A stretch of DNA of 64,000 bases from assembly GCA_964057225.1 (NCBI GenBank), contig OZ059899.1:7006001-7070000 (forward strand). The letters are read 5' to 3'. How positions within the stretch are numbered: the first letter of the stretch is position 1; the number at the start of each line of letters is the position of its first letter. Below the pieces are notes generated by a model, which saw only the letters and a list, made by a program, of their open reading frames with translations, was not told where the DNA came from and searched no databases. The translations under genes and the position numbers were made by a program. This document shows, piece after piece, positions 42,379 through 55,641 of this stretch. This stretch comes from Auanema rhodensis (taxonomy: Eukaryota > Animalia > Nematoda).

Positions 42379-44757
42379 ATGGTTGCAAAATTGGATCTAT
42401 CTATGGTGAGAAAGTTCTATTTAAAATCAAAATTAAAATAGGAATTATAGAAAAAAGGAGAACCAATGGCTAAGCGTCGTAGAATGCCGAATACTTTGTA
42501 TCACAATGAAATGTATATTGTAATGGTATCACCGGAAAAAAAAGCTGAAGGTGAGTTTTTATATAATTAAAATAATTATTTTTAATCATAGATGAGCAAA
42601 CAAAAAATAATTTAGCGCTCATCGAGAAAAAGAAGGAGAAATCTCGTAAGACTGAGCCTATTCCAGCTCATATCATTACCGAGAGCAAGAAGTCAGCTGA
42701 GAAACGAAAATCATTGTCAACTCTAGATGTGAAGCCATCTGTTAAAAGAAGTTATTCTTGTAGAATTGTTGAAGAATCTCCGGTCAAAGGATCTGCTTCG
42801 GTAAAAAGAAGTCATGGAGAGCAGAACAAACAATTGAAACATACACCGAAAATTGCACTTAAACTTCCGCATAAGAAGTTAAGTACACCAAAAGCTGACA
42901 ATGCCATCTCCCCAGTTGTGAATAGAGCTGAGGAAAAAAAATTGAACACACCTAGTTCTTCAAAGAAATCAGTAATAAAGAAGAATGAGGTACAACCAGT
43001 GCGGAATAATAGTGATCAAACCGTTCAGCTTCAACAAGGCAGCAAATTCAAAAGGTATGAGTATTAGATTTACAAAAACTTATCTTTTTCTATACATGAA
43101 ATGAACTAAAAGAAAAATAGTAGTAGCGAGTATCGTTTACGCATTACTAGTTTTGAAATTGAATTTTCTGACAATAGCTACTGAACTATTGTGATGAGTT
43201 CATTTTCAATTGTTCGGACTATTGTATAGATTGTATTTGTTTTTCTCTGAAAAGTCGATTAAAGAAGATATATATATATATATCTGTCTATCTATCTATC
43301 TATATATATGTATATATATATATATATTCTTTAGACAACAGGGATTACATGCTAACAAAACATAAACTCATAGTATAAAGTAGTGCGTAAAAGTATACAA
43401 AACTACTATTAATACTTAATCATTTTTATTATTATGATTCGTTGTAAAATAGCTTGTTATCGATATTTTAAGAAATTATTGGATAGTAAAAACATACTAT
43501 GTTGTTGATAATGTTTTAATTCTTCAATTGCAGCTTTGATGAATTCTCAAACAAATTTGAGATCTGGAAGATTGAACAGTGCCATAATTTTCGGGTTGCA
43601 TCTTCTGAAACTTTAAAGAACATTGACGGTTCAATTGATCCAACATGTAGGTATCGCTATGTAGTATATCAGTGTGTCCACTATGGACAACCTAGAATTC
43701 GAGGTCTGTAAGTATATTAAAATTTTGCAAAAATAAAATGTTTAGGCACAGGCAAAAGACCGAATCAAAATTATTTACCTTGTGGTTGCAAAGCAATGTT
43801 ACGGCTTGTGTACAGTTTTGATCAAAAGGCTAGTTAAAAATAAAACGAAAGAAATAAGAGTTTATTTAATAAGTATTTTATTTTCAGGTACTAGTCATTA
43901 ATAAATTGTGGATTGAGCATTCGGGGCATGAGCCTTCTGCAAATGATGAAAATGGATTTCAAACAAGACGATGTTAGTTACTTAGTTATCCAGCTAAATT
44001 AATAATATGATTTTAGATGCACGGACAACAAAAGTGGAAAATGATACCTCCAGTAGTAGTCCAATCAGTGATAACAATACAAGTTCGTCTGTTTCCACGC
44101 CAACTCCAGTAGACGATACCCAAAAAATGACCGATGCATTGTATTATCAACAACAGCTTCAAGTTTGTCGCAAAATTAATATTCACAACCTAGACTTCTT
44201 TTTAGTTGGTTGCTGCTCTTCTACCACAATCATCATATTGTAATACAGATTATTCTAGTTTAGTTAATAATGTAGTAAGTTTTCAAAACATAAATGTTTT
44301 TAAACATCTGTTTTCACAGAATATGTTGTACCCTCCTACAGTTTCTGATTCTGATCCTTCAACTTCAACGATATATCGCCCTCAACCCACATATACGTTA
44401 AGCTCAATTGCGAATTCTGCATTCTGTAGAGTCCAGGTATAATATAGTTTTTATGTCTAACTATATTTTCTTCTGATTTAAGCCAATTACGTTTCCACCC
44501 AATGGTAGCGATAAGGAAAATACCTCTTTGATAAATATGGTGATTTCAATATTTATGTTCTTCACAATAATGCTTTTCTTTAGGATGATCCGAAAAAAAG
44601 CAATACCATTAATGACTGTTCAGCTCTACAGCCACTAGCAGTAGCAGAGAATACTCATTGGGGTCCCCGAGAGTATGCCGATTTGAATGTTTTATAATCT
44701 TCTTTAAAAATCGTGATATTTTATCCCTCCAGGATATTGGTGAGCTACAATGTGTAG
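42379..44757 (+). CDS. Uncharacterised nuclear protein: Lys/Ser-rich N-terminus, central FAR1/ZSWIM3-N-like (WRKY-GCM1 superfamily) C2H2-type domain, Ser/Thr/Gln-rich C-terminus; stop at 44697 or 44757
   Basis: ATG 14 nt after TTTCAG and a chain of short introns. Exons 43534-43972 translate FKSFDEFSNKFEIWKIEQCHNFRVASSETL...YRYVVYQCVHYGQPRIRGTGKRPNQNYLPCGCKAMLRLVY...LWIEHSGH, i.e. FxSxxE...C...GCxA.l...HxxH as in MULE/FAR1 N-terminal DNA-binding domains. No DDE catalytic region seen. Confidence 0.75.
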
Positions 44758-46363
44758 ACTATTTTAATTTGCATTTTGTATGATAATTGTATATATTACA
44801 AAGTTTAAACCAAGGGTTGTATGAACAAACTAATTAATATTTTTGAAGAAAATAAAATTAAATATAATAGAAATTTATGTGATACATATTATTTTCAAGA
44901 TTTGGTATTAAATCCCTAATTAAAATATCGACCTATCTATTCTTTTATATCGTTTGCCCTCATAAATGCTAAGGTGTTTAGCCATAAATGACTATTACTA
45001 TCTATGAATGATGACACATAGGCGGTTCGGATACAAACGGCTTTAATATGGCTTAGCAAACATATTTGAGGTGATTAAAGCATGGATGAAGATCTCAAAG
45101 AAAGCCGTAGATGTTTCTACTAAGGAAGTGAAGTAAGGTTTAATTTTTAAATATTTAGTAATTAAATTATCAAATACTTGAAAATTTCTACTTTTTCTAA
45201 ATTATCGAAGCATTGTCTTAGGAAAGGCTAAACAATACTGTTAGTTCTTGTGTTTTTCTCTATGGATGCAATGCATACGAGAGGATCAAACATTGCATTT
45301 TGAAACAGGAAAAAAATCAAGAGTTAAGAGAGAATAAGTGCATATAAAATCTGTAGAGGGCATATCCATCATAACATACCGGTTTTAGTTATCTAATATT
45401 CATATTGAATATAATATAGTTTGGACATGTATAATTAAAACTTCAAAATGCAACCGATCATTGTTCCAAATAAAATGGAAATGCACAAAATGACTTTAAA
45501 TATTTGAAGTTATGTATATATGCTAATATGATTGCGAACAAAATGACACTTTTTCTTCTTTTCTACTATGCAGATACTCACTTCCAATCCAAATCCAATG
45601 CACTTTCATTACTATTCATTCCCTTCACTATGCATTGTTTTATGTTTGACACATTGTATGCAGCGTATCCCATTTGATAGATGAGAACGATGTTTTTAAA
45701 AGTTTGAATCAGAGTCAATCCCTCACAATTGGAAACTATTCAATGAGAAAATACGAGAATAGAGGGACAAGAAGTTCTTTGCTAGCTTAAGGATAAAGTA
45801 GACCAGAGAGCTTAAGTCTTACAGCTTCTTCTTCTTTACTTTGTCATTTCTCTCATTTTCCTTTCACACTTAACGTGTCTGTCTGATTTCCGTATTGTAT
45901 GTTACGATAAGAATTGAGAGCAGACAAGAAAACACCAACGAATAAAGTTAAGTAAATTGGGAGAAAATAGTGGAAGGGTGAGCAATCTCAGTAGTTTGAA
46001 CAGACAAGAAGGTATTGTATTTCGCTCTAAACGGATGTTGGAAAATACTTTAACATAAACTGCGCTACTTCTGTTTAGCTATTGCACCCTCTCTCTTGCT
46101 TCTTGACTTACCAGTACGCTGATCTGTTGTTCATCCATCTACTACTCAGAGGTGTGAGAGATGACACGATCTTTACCTCTTTCATTAGATGATGCACTTA
46201 TACACTCTAGTTTTGTCTGTCTCTACAGCCTCTGCACCTTGCCTCAACTCTTTACCTAATGTTCACTTTGAATTGTGTTTATCTCACCTCATCTGCCTGT
46301 TGTCACATCATCTCTTGCTTTATTTGCTTGTCATAGATGTGCGAGCAACAAGAAACATACAAG

Positions 46364-46425
46364 TGTATGAGGTAGTATAAGATGATGACGAATAGAGCTA
46401 TCAATTTTCGTGGCCTTCTCTTACA
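46364..46425 (+). ncRNA. Candidate let-7-family (miR-84-like) pre-miRNA; predicted 5p UGAGGUAGUAUAAGAUGAUGAC (46368-46389)
   Basis: First 11 nt match C. elegans miR-84 as recalled (UGAGGUAGUAU) and carry the let-7 seed. Pairs in a bulge-free register with 46397-46417 (16/21 pairs, 6 of them G-U). The predicted 5p and 3p arms are 9 nt apart, with a short lower stem UGUA/UACA. The stem is weak, so unconfirmed. Confidence 0.35.
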
Positions 46426-49400
46426 ATGAAAGGTAATCTTTATAGTCAAATGTACAATAAGCAAATATCTTCATGGTTATTAAGTGAGGCTTCTCTAAAC
46501 GAGTCTTAAATTTGTTGATTTTCTCGCTTTTATCTTTCAATTACTAAAGATCGTCTGAATATCTTATAGACTCGAATCGGAGTATCTAGCTAAACAGTAC
46601 ATTGTCGTTAAACAATAACAAGATATTTATAAGATATTTCATCTGTAAACGTATATAAAATGTTATTTGTTGGTCCCCACAATTTAGATTTTGGCAATCT
46701 CATGAGGATTGTACCAAAATGAACTAGCTTGTCTTTTCGATGTCGTCTTTCCACATCTAAATATGGCATTAATCTCTCACTTTTCTTCTCTCACTTTCTT
46801 TTTTTCTCCTATCTTCTTCATTTCTCCCGTTGCTGCACTTTTTATCCGCTGTTAGGTTTCATTTTTACAGCAAATTCATGAGACATAGAAGGCAAATTCG
46901 AATTATCGCGGGCTGACTGTCGACTATTGGTGTTGATGTCGGCAAAGACATATAAGCGACCACGTTGACGGCACAACTAAAGGATAAGGACTAGCAGATC
47001 GCTTTCGTTCTCTTCATGGTCTTCCTTTCGTTTTCTGTATCTTTTCATCCATTTCTTCTTTCAATCCTACTTTCTGTCTTTCAAGGGATGCCATTTAGCG
47101 TGAATTTGACAGCAGATTAAAACCAGTTTTGGCCGTCTTACTTCTCTTGCTTCTCACCTTAAATGGCTATCGATATAATTTTCCTCGAACGGCACCTTAA
47201 TCCTGCAGTCTATCTCCTTAAACAGCTTTCTTTTTCTTTTCTATTACAACTATCTAAGAATTATCATTTTTTTCTCCTCAAAAAAAAAAGACTAAATGCT
47301 ATATATTCAACCTTTCAGCCAGGAAACAAATAAGAAAAACAGTAAAATGAATCAAATAGTGTAGAATAGTAAAGAATGGAATCTTTTCTTATATGAGAGT
47401 TTATATATATTTGTTAGGATATTGAGTACTGAATTCAATCTAAACTATCATTGGTTATTCAACAAGATTTTTCAACATTTCAATTAAGTGTAAAATTTAT
47501 TTAACATGTACAGTACTGTTGAATAATAGGATATGCGGATATACATCATTTTAGCTGTAAAATACTATTCCCTACGAAGATATAGCATTAGATCATGGAC
47601 ATGATGTAACAAAGCCGATAAATTGCCTCAATCTGCTCACCCAAAGCCGCATTCATTCATCCCTTTCTTTTTGGTCTTTTCGGATATTAACGGCGTCAAA
47701 TCATCATTTCTTGGATAGGCCACCAGGACATCTAAATGATATCTGTCTAATCCTTTATGCCAGATGTCATCGAATGCAAGAGAAAGGCGTCTGGAAATGA
47801 ATCTGAGAAGCTGAAATACAATGATATCTACTAGTTTTAATTAGTATATTTAAAAAATATAGTTTTAACACATCGGATTGGATAATTAGATTATATTGGA
47901 TGAGTAATTTATTATTGTATAATACATCATCACATAACATATTTATCTTATCTAATTGAAAGAAAATAGTTTTATAATAGTGATGGTGTGGGATTAACGT
48001 GATTTCTTCTAATGGAAAGTTAGACTTAAATTGACAGTGTATTCAAGGAAAACAGCAATTTTCATGCCGTATCTATCCATAAGGCCGTCGTGATCTTCTG
48101 ACAACCATTTCCTTATCGAATCAGGATAATTAATCTGCGATCAAAGACAGCATTTCTGTTTCAGTTTTACCGTCGTTTGTTCAGTTTTTTTTCCGTAGCT
48201 TTGAACGGAAACGACTTTGTCGGACAACAGTAGCAAGCGATACACTATCAGAAGGCCATCTGAGGAAATCTATATGAATATAAATAGTAGTATGAAGTTT
48301 TTTCTTTATGTTGGTATAAATCAATAATCGAACTCTTGTTTAAATGAAACTACGGTAACTGCGATATAGTACAAGCTATGCGATTTTTTCTATCCAATTC
48401 AGCTAGATGATATGATCTTGTATGAGGTGCTTTAACATCATGGTCCCTAACCATGAAAACGAACATTACATTCTTATCCTTTATGATCTCAATGGACGTA
48501 ATGCCAAGCGGTTTCTGTGGACACAGTTGTTTGCGTCGTGCACAAGATATTCGAGAAGAAATTTTAGAGAGAAAGCAAAGATTTCTGAAAGAAATCCACA
48601 TCAAATTTAGTGGATAATGTAGAAAACAGAAAGGGAAATGTAAATGAACATAACATAACTAATCGGTCATACATTGTTTCGAGATCAACCAATTCCATGA
48701 CAGGTAATAGCAACATCTGGTTCTACTTTAGTTTTCTCGTTGTTGTTAAATGCATCGCATAGTCTTGTTCATCGTTCTTCTCATACAAGATCAAGCAAAT
48801 TGAGTGTAGGATAAGAGAGATAGGGTACGTAGAAAGAAAGCAAGATGGTAAAGAAAATAGAATGTGAAAAAGAAGAAGACGATACATGAAAACGTGCTGA
48901 TCATGCCATCATTAAAGTCTTTTTTGTTATTCTCTCTATTCGTATAATCTTCTTTTGTGTTTTTCCTATTTTGAATAATGTGGTGACAACAAGAATACAA
49001 CTTTCACTTGTTTTGCAATCGAGCATGTCCACTCTTCATCGTTTTCATCCCTTTCCCCTCTTGATCGACTTTGCATGAAAACAAGAATCAAATATACTGT
49101 AATATGAATATCTTCTTGGTATTGGCAACAATCTTCTTCAATAGGTTGTTCCCTCAACTTCAATGTTTTGTGTTTTTCCTTCGAGAAAACACCTAACATC
49201 TATTACATCATTGAAATAATCGCAAAACTTGTTCAGTTGCCAAAAGTTGAGAGGAACTTATCTATCTGGATTTACCTCTATTCGACAATGTTCTTAAAAA
49301 TGTTTAAGAGGATGAGGTTCAATTCGTTTGATGGTAGCGTATAAGCAAGGATGTGCTGTTGGTTTCTGTCGAAAAACTTGTTTCAAACCGTTTCATTCAT

Positions 49401-51484
49401 TTTCTGGAAAATTCATTAAAGTTGCAACAGAAGGACACCTACGTAGAGAACAATTTGGAAATTATTTCTATCTATTCCACCCTTTTCAAGGTGTATTATC
49501 CAATTCTTTCAAAGCTTCTGCTTCCAATGAGGAAAATACGATTGGTATTATTTAAGCTGTGTTTGATTTTGATCATGGCTAACACTTTCATATCAATTCT
49601 TAAGGTTTTTCATTTATTAAGAAAACAAATGGAATGAAAAAACCTATATGGATCAATAAGAATATTAAACTCCTAGACAAATTTATTGTGATGTTGGAAA
49701 AATATAATCTAGCCATGCTTTTCATTTTTACCCTCCTTTTTCAGTTTGTCAGTTTTCCTCTTTTCTATTTATCTCACTCTTTTTTGCTTAGAGGTCTTAT
49801 CAATCGGACAAGGTCTATGTTGCCTATGGAGTAGCAAGCACACTTTTATTTAATATACAATCAAAGATCTTTTAAGATTTGTTGAGTTTATAAGATTATT
49901 AAAGAATAACTGCAAATGAACAATATCCAATATTTTACATGAAGGTATAAACTATATAGTTTTCATTACAAGAACAATATGTTCAAACTTAAAGGCATTA
50001 TATTGGATAAAGAGCTATAGTTTGACTTTACTTCATTTTTAAAAATCAAAATTCTTTAATTGGGAAATCTTTTATAACTTATGATTTAGACTTTTCAACC
50101 CCTCGATTATTCCTTTATACGGTATCTCTTTTGTGGAAAGCTATCGGTTTATTTATCTGAAAGATAGAAAGCGAATAGAGTAAAGTGTGTTGGCTGAAAA
50201 TAGAGAAGAAGAAAAGAATAGTACACGAAATAGTAAAGAAATTGATGATATACAAAGAGAAAAGGTATAGAGAGTATTGTATGAAGGGAGTGAGAGAGAT
50301 AGATAGAGAGAGAGATAGAGAGTAGGATGGTATTGGATGGATAATAAAACCGATGAGGCTCAAGACCTAAGATAACAAGACTGAATAACCTCCCCCACCT
50401 TCCATAACGATTGTCAGCTATGCTGCTGATGATGCATCCAAATTAGTGTTGAAAGCAGCAATTTACCTTCAAAATACTTTGCAAATATTTACTCAGAAGG
50501 ACTTGCAAGCGCAATTAAGTCCATAATTTTTTTCTTTTTCACTGTCTTTTAAATGTATACGTTTCTTATTAGATAAATGTGATATAGCTTTTTGATTTTT
50601 GAAGATAAGACAATGATTGGGCAAGAAAATGAATAGAGTCAAAGACAAAAAGAGAGACGGAGACATATTATGGTCCTTAGTTGACCTAATATACTTTGAT
50701 AAGAACTTATGAGGACATAAAATATTAGAGAATACATATAAGCTCACGGAAATTATCTGATACTTCATCTTTCCATGCTACTTCAGGAGGTTATCATCTT
50801 TTTGAGCACATAATAATGACTTGCTAACTGGGTTCGGATAGATCGTTTTGAAAATTAACAAACAAACAATCATTCCAAATGAATGAAATAATCAAATATG
50901 TTATCTATGTAAATTAATTAGTTAACTATATAAGAGTTAATAAGAAGTTGTATATATTAATTATATAAATATGTAGTTATCTATGAAGCATTCTATGAAT
51001 CATCTGTACTCCGGGAGCGAACCTTTAAAATTTCATGATCGTTCTTCGCGATCTTTATGCTCCTATCAGTATTATACATGTGAAATTCAAAGAATTTGAA
51101 CAAAAAATAGTAAAAATCATTTTAACTCAAATAATTTCTCATTCTCTTCTCAGTTTCTCTGACTAAATACTTTTTTTTGAAATTATATTCTAGAAAATCG
51201 TAGTTAAGTGCATCGCACTTTGTTCATTTAAATTGGTTTGTAACATTGAAGAATCATTGTTTAATATGGTTTATTGTCATCATATAGCTACCCCCTGATG
51301 TCATCAGATAAATATACTTCTGTCATCTTTGTCGTTTGTTCAATCATTCACTCATTCCGAATTCAATTTATATCTCAAACTCATTTACATATCCATCTTT
51401 TCCTGTTGATCATACATATGAATTGTTGAAAGATAGACAAGGAAAACCTGTTACTATGTCTGGAAGTCACTGATATACAAAAAG

Positions 51485-51490
<6 letters not shown>

Positions 51491-51539
<49 letters not shown>
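51491..51539. repeat. (GA)n microsatellite
   Basis: Direct reading, one GC interruption. Confidence 0.95.
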
Positions 51540-54500
51540 TTGTGGTGGCCTTTACAGGTAAACTATTAACTGACGTTTCTTTTTATTCCCTCTTCTCATT
51601 ATCTTGAATTTTTTCTCTCTGTTATAGGATGAGCTACATCCAGCGTGTCTCTTCATGGTCAATGTTCTAAAGGCGTTGTACCTTCTAATCTTAATTCTTT
51701 ACGAAGATGTAAGAAACTTTAGAATTGGTACAGCACATGCCTGAAGACGACACATTGCGTTCTTATCACATCAGCATGCTTTAGTCAACCAATCTATAGA
51801 CTATATGATCAGTAGAGCTGTTAGACGATTAAATCACAATCCCGTGACTTGATTGCCCAAGTCTCTTTCAATTACTTTTCATCTTTGCTATGGCTTATTC
51901 TATACATTAGCAGAATTAAGAACATAGAGTTATTACAGTACAGTTGAACAGTTAACTAATATAACTTACAAATATATTATATATAGTTTAATCAGAACCA
52001 CAATAGCATGTTGAACTTAATAAACATTCAATTCAGAAACTTTAATGTACGCGATCATTTGATGAATGCTCATTCAGTGATTGCTTGCTTCTGATGCCAT
52101 ATTAATGGCTTTTTTTGTTAAACATTTCTTTCACCTTTTTGTTTCTTCCAGCATGAAATTGATAAAATAGATTAGAAAAGTTTGAAAATTGAAGATTAAT
52201 AAAGGTAAATGATATTTCTAAAGAATCATAACTAACAATTTTCAAATCGTTTCCAACAAGATTATAGTATACTGCTTGAACATTACGAAGATAGTTTTGA
52301 AATTCATTTCATCACCCAAATTCTTTAGTTCAGTTTTGATAAAGCTGCAGTTTGTATGGGTTTGTTGAACTATGTCGATCAGCTTATTCTTTCTGCTTCT
52401 CTTATCTTCCATATTCAAGACTTCAGATTTATGCTGTTTACATAAGACTCACCCGATGTTATTATCAATAGTAATCAGTTTGTCTCTAATGTGTTTTTGA
52501 AATTTAACAATCATAATGACAATAAGTTATATAACATCCTCTTATTCTTTTCATCTCACATACTAAAATGTTGAAGACCAAGAAAAACAGTTTTCTCGCT
52601 CCCCCGAACGCTGTTGCTTGCTCATGCTTACATACTTGCTTATATGTCCATTTTGATTAGACTTTTGATCACATTTCTTTCATACACTTTTCTTAATCAC
52701 TTTAAAGATTTTTGTTGTCAGCAGATAGCTTCACGAGTTATAGCATAGATTGAAGAGGTCCTACCGTCATCCCTTTGCATTACATTCTAGATAAGGACAT
52801 TCATCTCTTTTGATAATAATATAAAGCTAATATCTTACTTCTCATTAATAGTAATTTAATATCAGATATTGCTAATAACTTACATATCAATAAAATAATA
52901 ATTCTGTTTAAGAATTATCTTGATAGCATATACTTAACTATAACTTTTGAAAGATATTATCAACATCTTTCAAAGAGTTTTATATTTACAAGCAAATCTT
53001 TCAATTTATATCCTAATGATGGGTATCTTTCTTTCGTTTTTTTTCTAATTTCCTTTTCGTAATTTCATTCTGTATCTCATTATCCATATGAGAATAGATT
53101 AATGCTTTGTAACATTGAATGATACTCTCATATGGCTTAAGGCTTAATCGGTTTCCTCATTATTTCATTATGATTAGAAGAAGAAATCTAGTGTCTAGGC
53201 TTGACTGACTGACTAAACACAAAGAATCAATCTGTAAGCCTATATTCTCTCTTCTTCGTCATTTTGTCGCCTATCGAGCAGTTACATCACCAAATTTTGA
53301 TTACAAGCTAAATGGTCCATCTGGACCCTCACTGATCTTTCTATAGATGGTCAGACTCGATATTCAGCTTCGGGGTGCTCTCAGCTGTAAGACAAACTGA
53401 GCCTTAGCCCGTAGGCTTTCTTGGTAATCCCCTGGTCTCCTAGCCGTATAACAAAGGATTACATGGGTCTCTCTTTCGCCAGCATAGCCTAGCTAGCGAC
53501 TATGGTGAGCCACAGAAGAAGACGACGAATGGGAAGTTGAACGTGAGAGACAAAATGAGCAAAAGAGAAGAGAGAGAAAGAGCTGCTCGCCTTACTAGAG
53601 GATCATCTTCTGTTAGGTTTTGGCTTAGACATCGAAAAACATTACGAGAAACAGAAGGATGAATCAAACAGAAAGTCCGATAGTAAGAAAAGTTTATAAA
53701 AACATAGGTTTGTATAGTGCTCACGCACATATGTATATGTTCAATCTTCCTTGATTTTCTCAAAGAACGGTGGAATGCTGAAAGTTGAGCCGAGTTACTA
53801 AGCGAAAGATAATAAAGCTGTTGTCCAAGTTGTAAAAACATAGAAATATAGAAAATACAACATTAATATATAAATGTTATTGCTTTTTGAACATATACTC
53901 TTCATTCTTAACACTTAGAAAGATTTTGCGCCGCTTCGTACAAATGTTGACGATCCCCCGTTTAACTAGTTCTCTAACGAACAGCTTCTAACGCATCATC
54001 AGCAAGTAGACATACATATACGCACACGTCTAAATCCTTTCATTTTCAATTAAAACCCGTCGAACCTCAAAGCTAGCCTGATTCTTTGATGTTCTTCTGC
54101 AGACGATGATTAGCTAATTTCCGGCCAAGATGATGATTGTCGTTGAGCCGGGAGTGCAGGAAGGCGGCATGATGCCAAGCAGGATGATGGCGTTGAACAA
54201 CGATAGAAGCTTGAAGTAGACGACGAGCCGAAAAATACTGAAAATGGCCATCAAAGCTTTTTCCGGGAAGACTCAACGTCTTGCTCCTTCCGGTTTAGTG
54301 TGTCGTAGGTGGAAAACTAGCTGATGAAGCTCAGAAGAAGAATATCAATTTGAAATTCTGTTGAGATGGTGGAGGAATGAATAGGATAGGTTTGAAGCAA
54401 TTTCCGACTCACTTCAGACTTTAGCATACGAGGACAACCCCGATCACAGATAACATGAGCTGTCAGCTTCGTTATTTCTCCATATACAGCTAAATTTGCA

Positions 54501-55612
54501 ATCGATTGATCGTTTGTAATATGTCTTTATTTTAGTCTTCTATCTGTTTGTTTTACTTCTTTCGTTCTCCATCTAATAACATTCTTCATATTATTTATCA
54601 GCTTACATGAAATGTAAAGCATATTTCAAAGATTCATATTGAATAATATCTGATACAAATAAGATATATTATTATTATTATTATTTGATAGATATTTCAT
54701 TCGTTTAATTACTTCTTTTTTTTTATTTGGCTCCCTATCCCGAGATTTTTTTCCATTTATTTTCGACTCGCTACATATTTCTATTCGGCTGCTCGTCTTG
54801 TTTTCTCAACTGCCGCTGGAAACCCCACCCAAGCTTCGCATATCTGCTCGTTGGATTACGGTAGCTCGGGGATTGGCTTGTGCATAGCTCTCTTGTTGTC
54901 TGGCTAGCCCACACCCCGCTACCCCCCTCTTCGCCAGCTTATTGTAGTGTCTAGCTCAACTCATAACAACCAACAATGGATTAAAAGCCAACGTCTTGTT
55001 TTGAAACTTCTATAAGATTAAGTTGTGATAAGTTTTAAAAATATTATATGATTAAATGAAGTTTGTTTTGTTTAATCATCAAAAAAAAAACATTTGAATT
55101 GTATGTCTGAATGTAAAAGAAGAAATTGCACTTCTTCATCATCTATCAATAGTCTTGTTCATATTTTCAATCAAATATTTCTTCATCTCATCAATATCAA
55201 TTCTAATTCTTTAACATTTTTAATAATATTTTCAACTCATATCTATCCAATACGTGATCATAGATTTCAATTTCTATCTGTTTAGCTCATTTTAGCTCCG
55301 CCTCTTTACCATTTTACATTGCAATAATACCTTATTGAGCAAACTTTTCAAAGCATATCAAATCCTTTTGTCAAACCAGTTGTCTAAATTTGTGTTTTTC
55401 TCTCTTTACGGTCTCTAATAGTACGCACTACACATAAATCTAGTCGTCTCATAAGAATCAAAGATAAAAAAAAACTTTTGAAAAGAATTTCAAATCGTTT
55501 ACCTTATAGATTGTACCACATTGTTCTTAATTCTATTTTTATTGCCAATTTCGGCAATATCCATTTTTCTTTTCAAATAAAATATATAAGATATAACAGT
55601 GTGTTCTTCCTT

Positions 55613-55641
55613 TTCTTCTTCTTCTTCTTCTTCTTCTTCTT
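55613..55641. repeat. (TTC)n trinucleotide repeat
   Basis: About 9 TTC units. Confidence 0.85.

Noticed and set aside
46080-46102. TATTGCACCCTCTC, a miR-92/miR-235 seed match
   Set aside because: No complementary arm within hairpin distance.
48156-48163. CTGTTTCA piRNA upstream (Ruby) motif
   Set aside because: Single occurrence noticed, not the density of a piRNA cluster.
54073-54276. GC-rich minus-strand ORF following a TTTTCAG
   Set aside because: All three frames stop shortly, with no recognisable domain or partner exons; better explained as a regulatory island.
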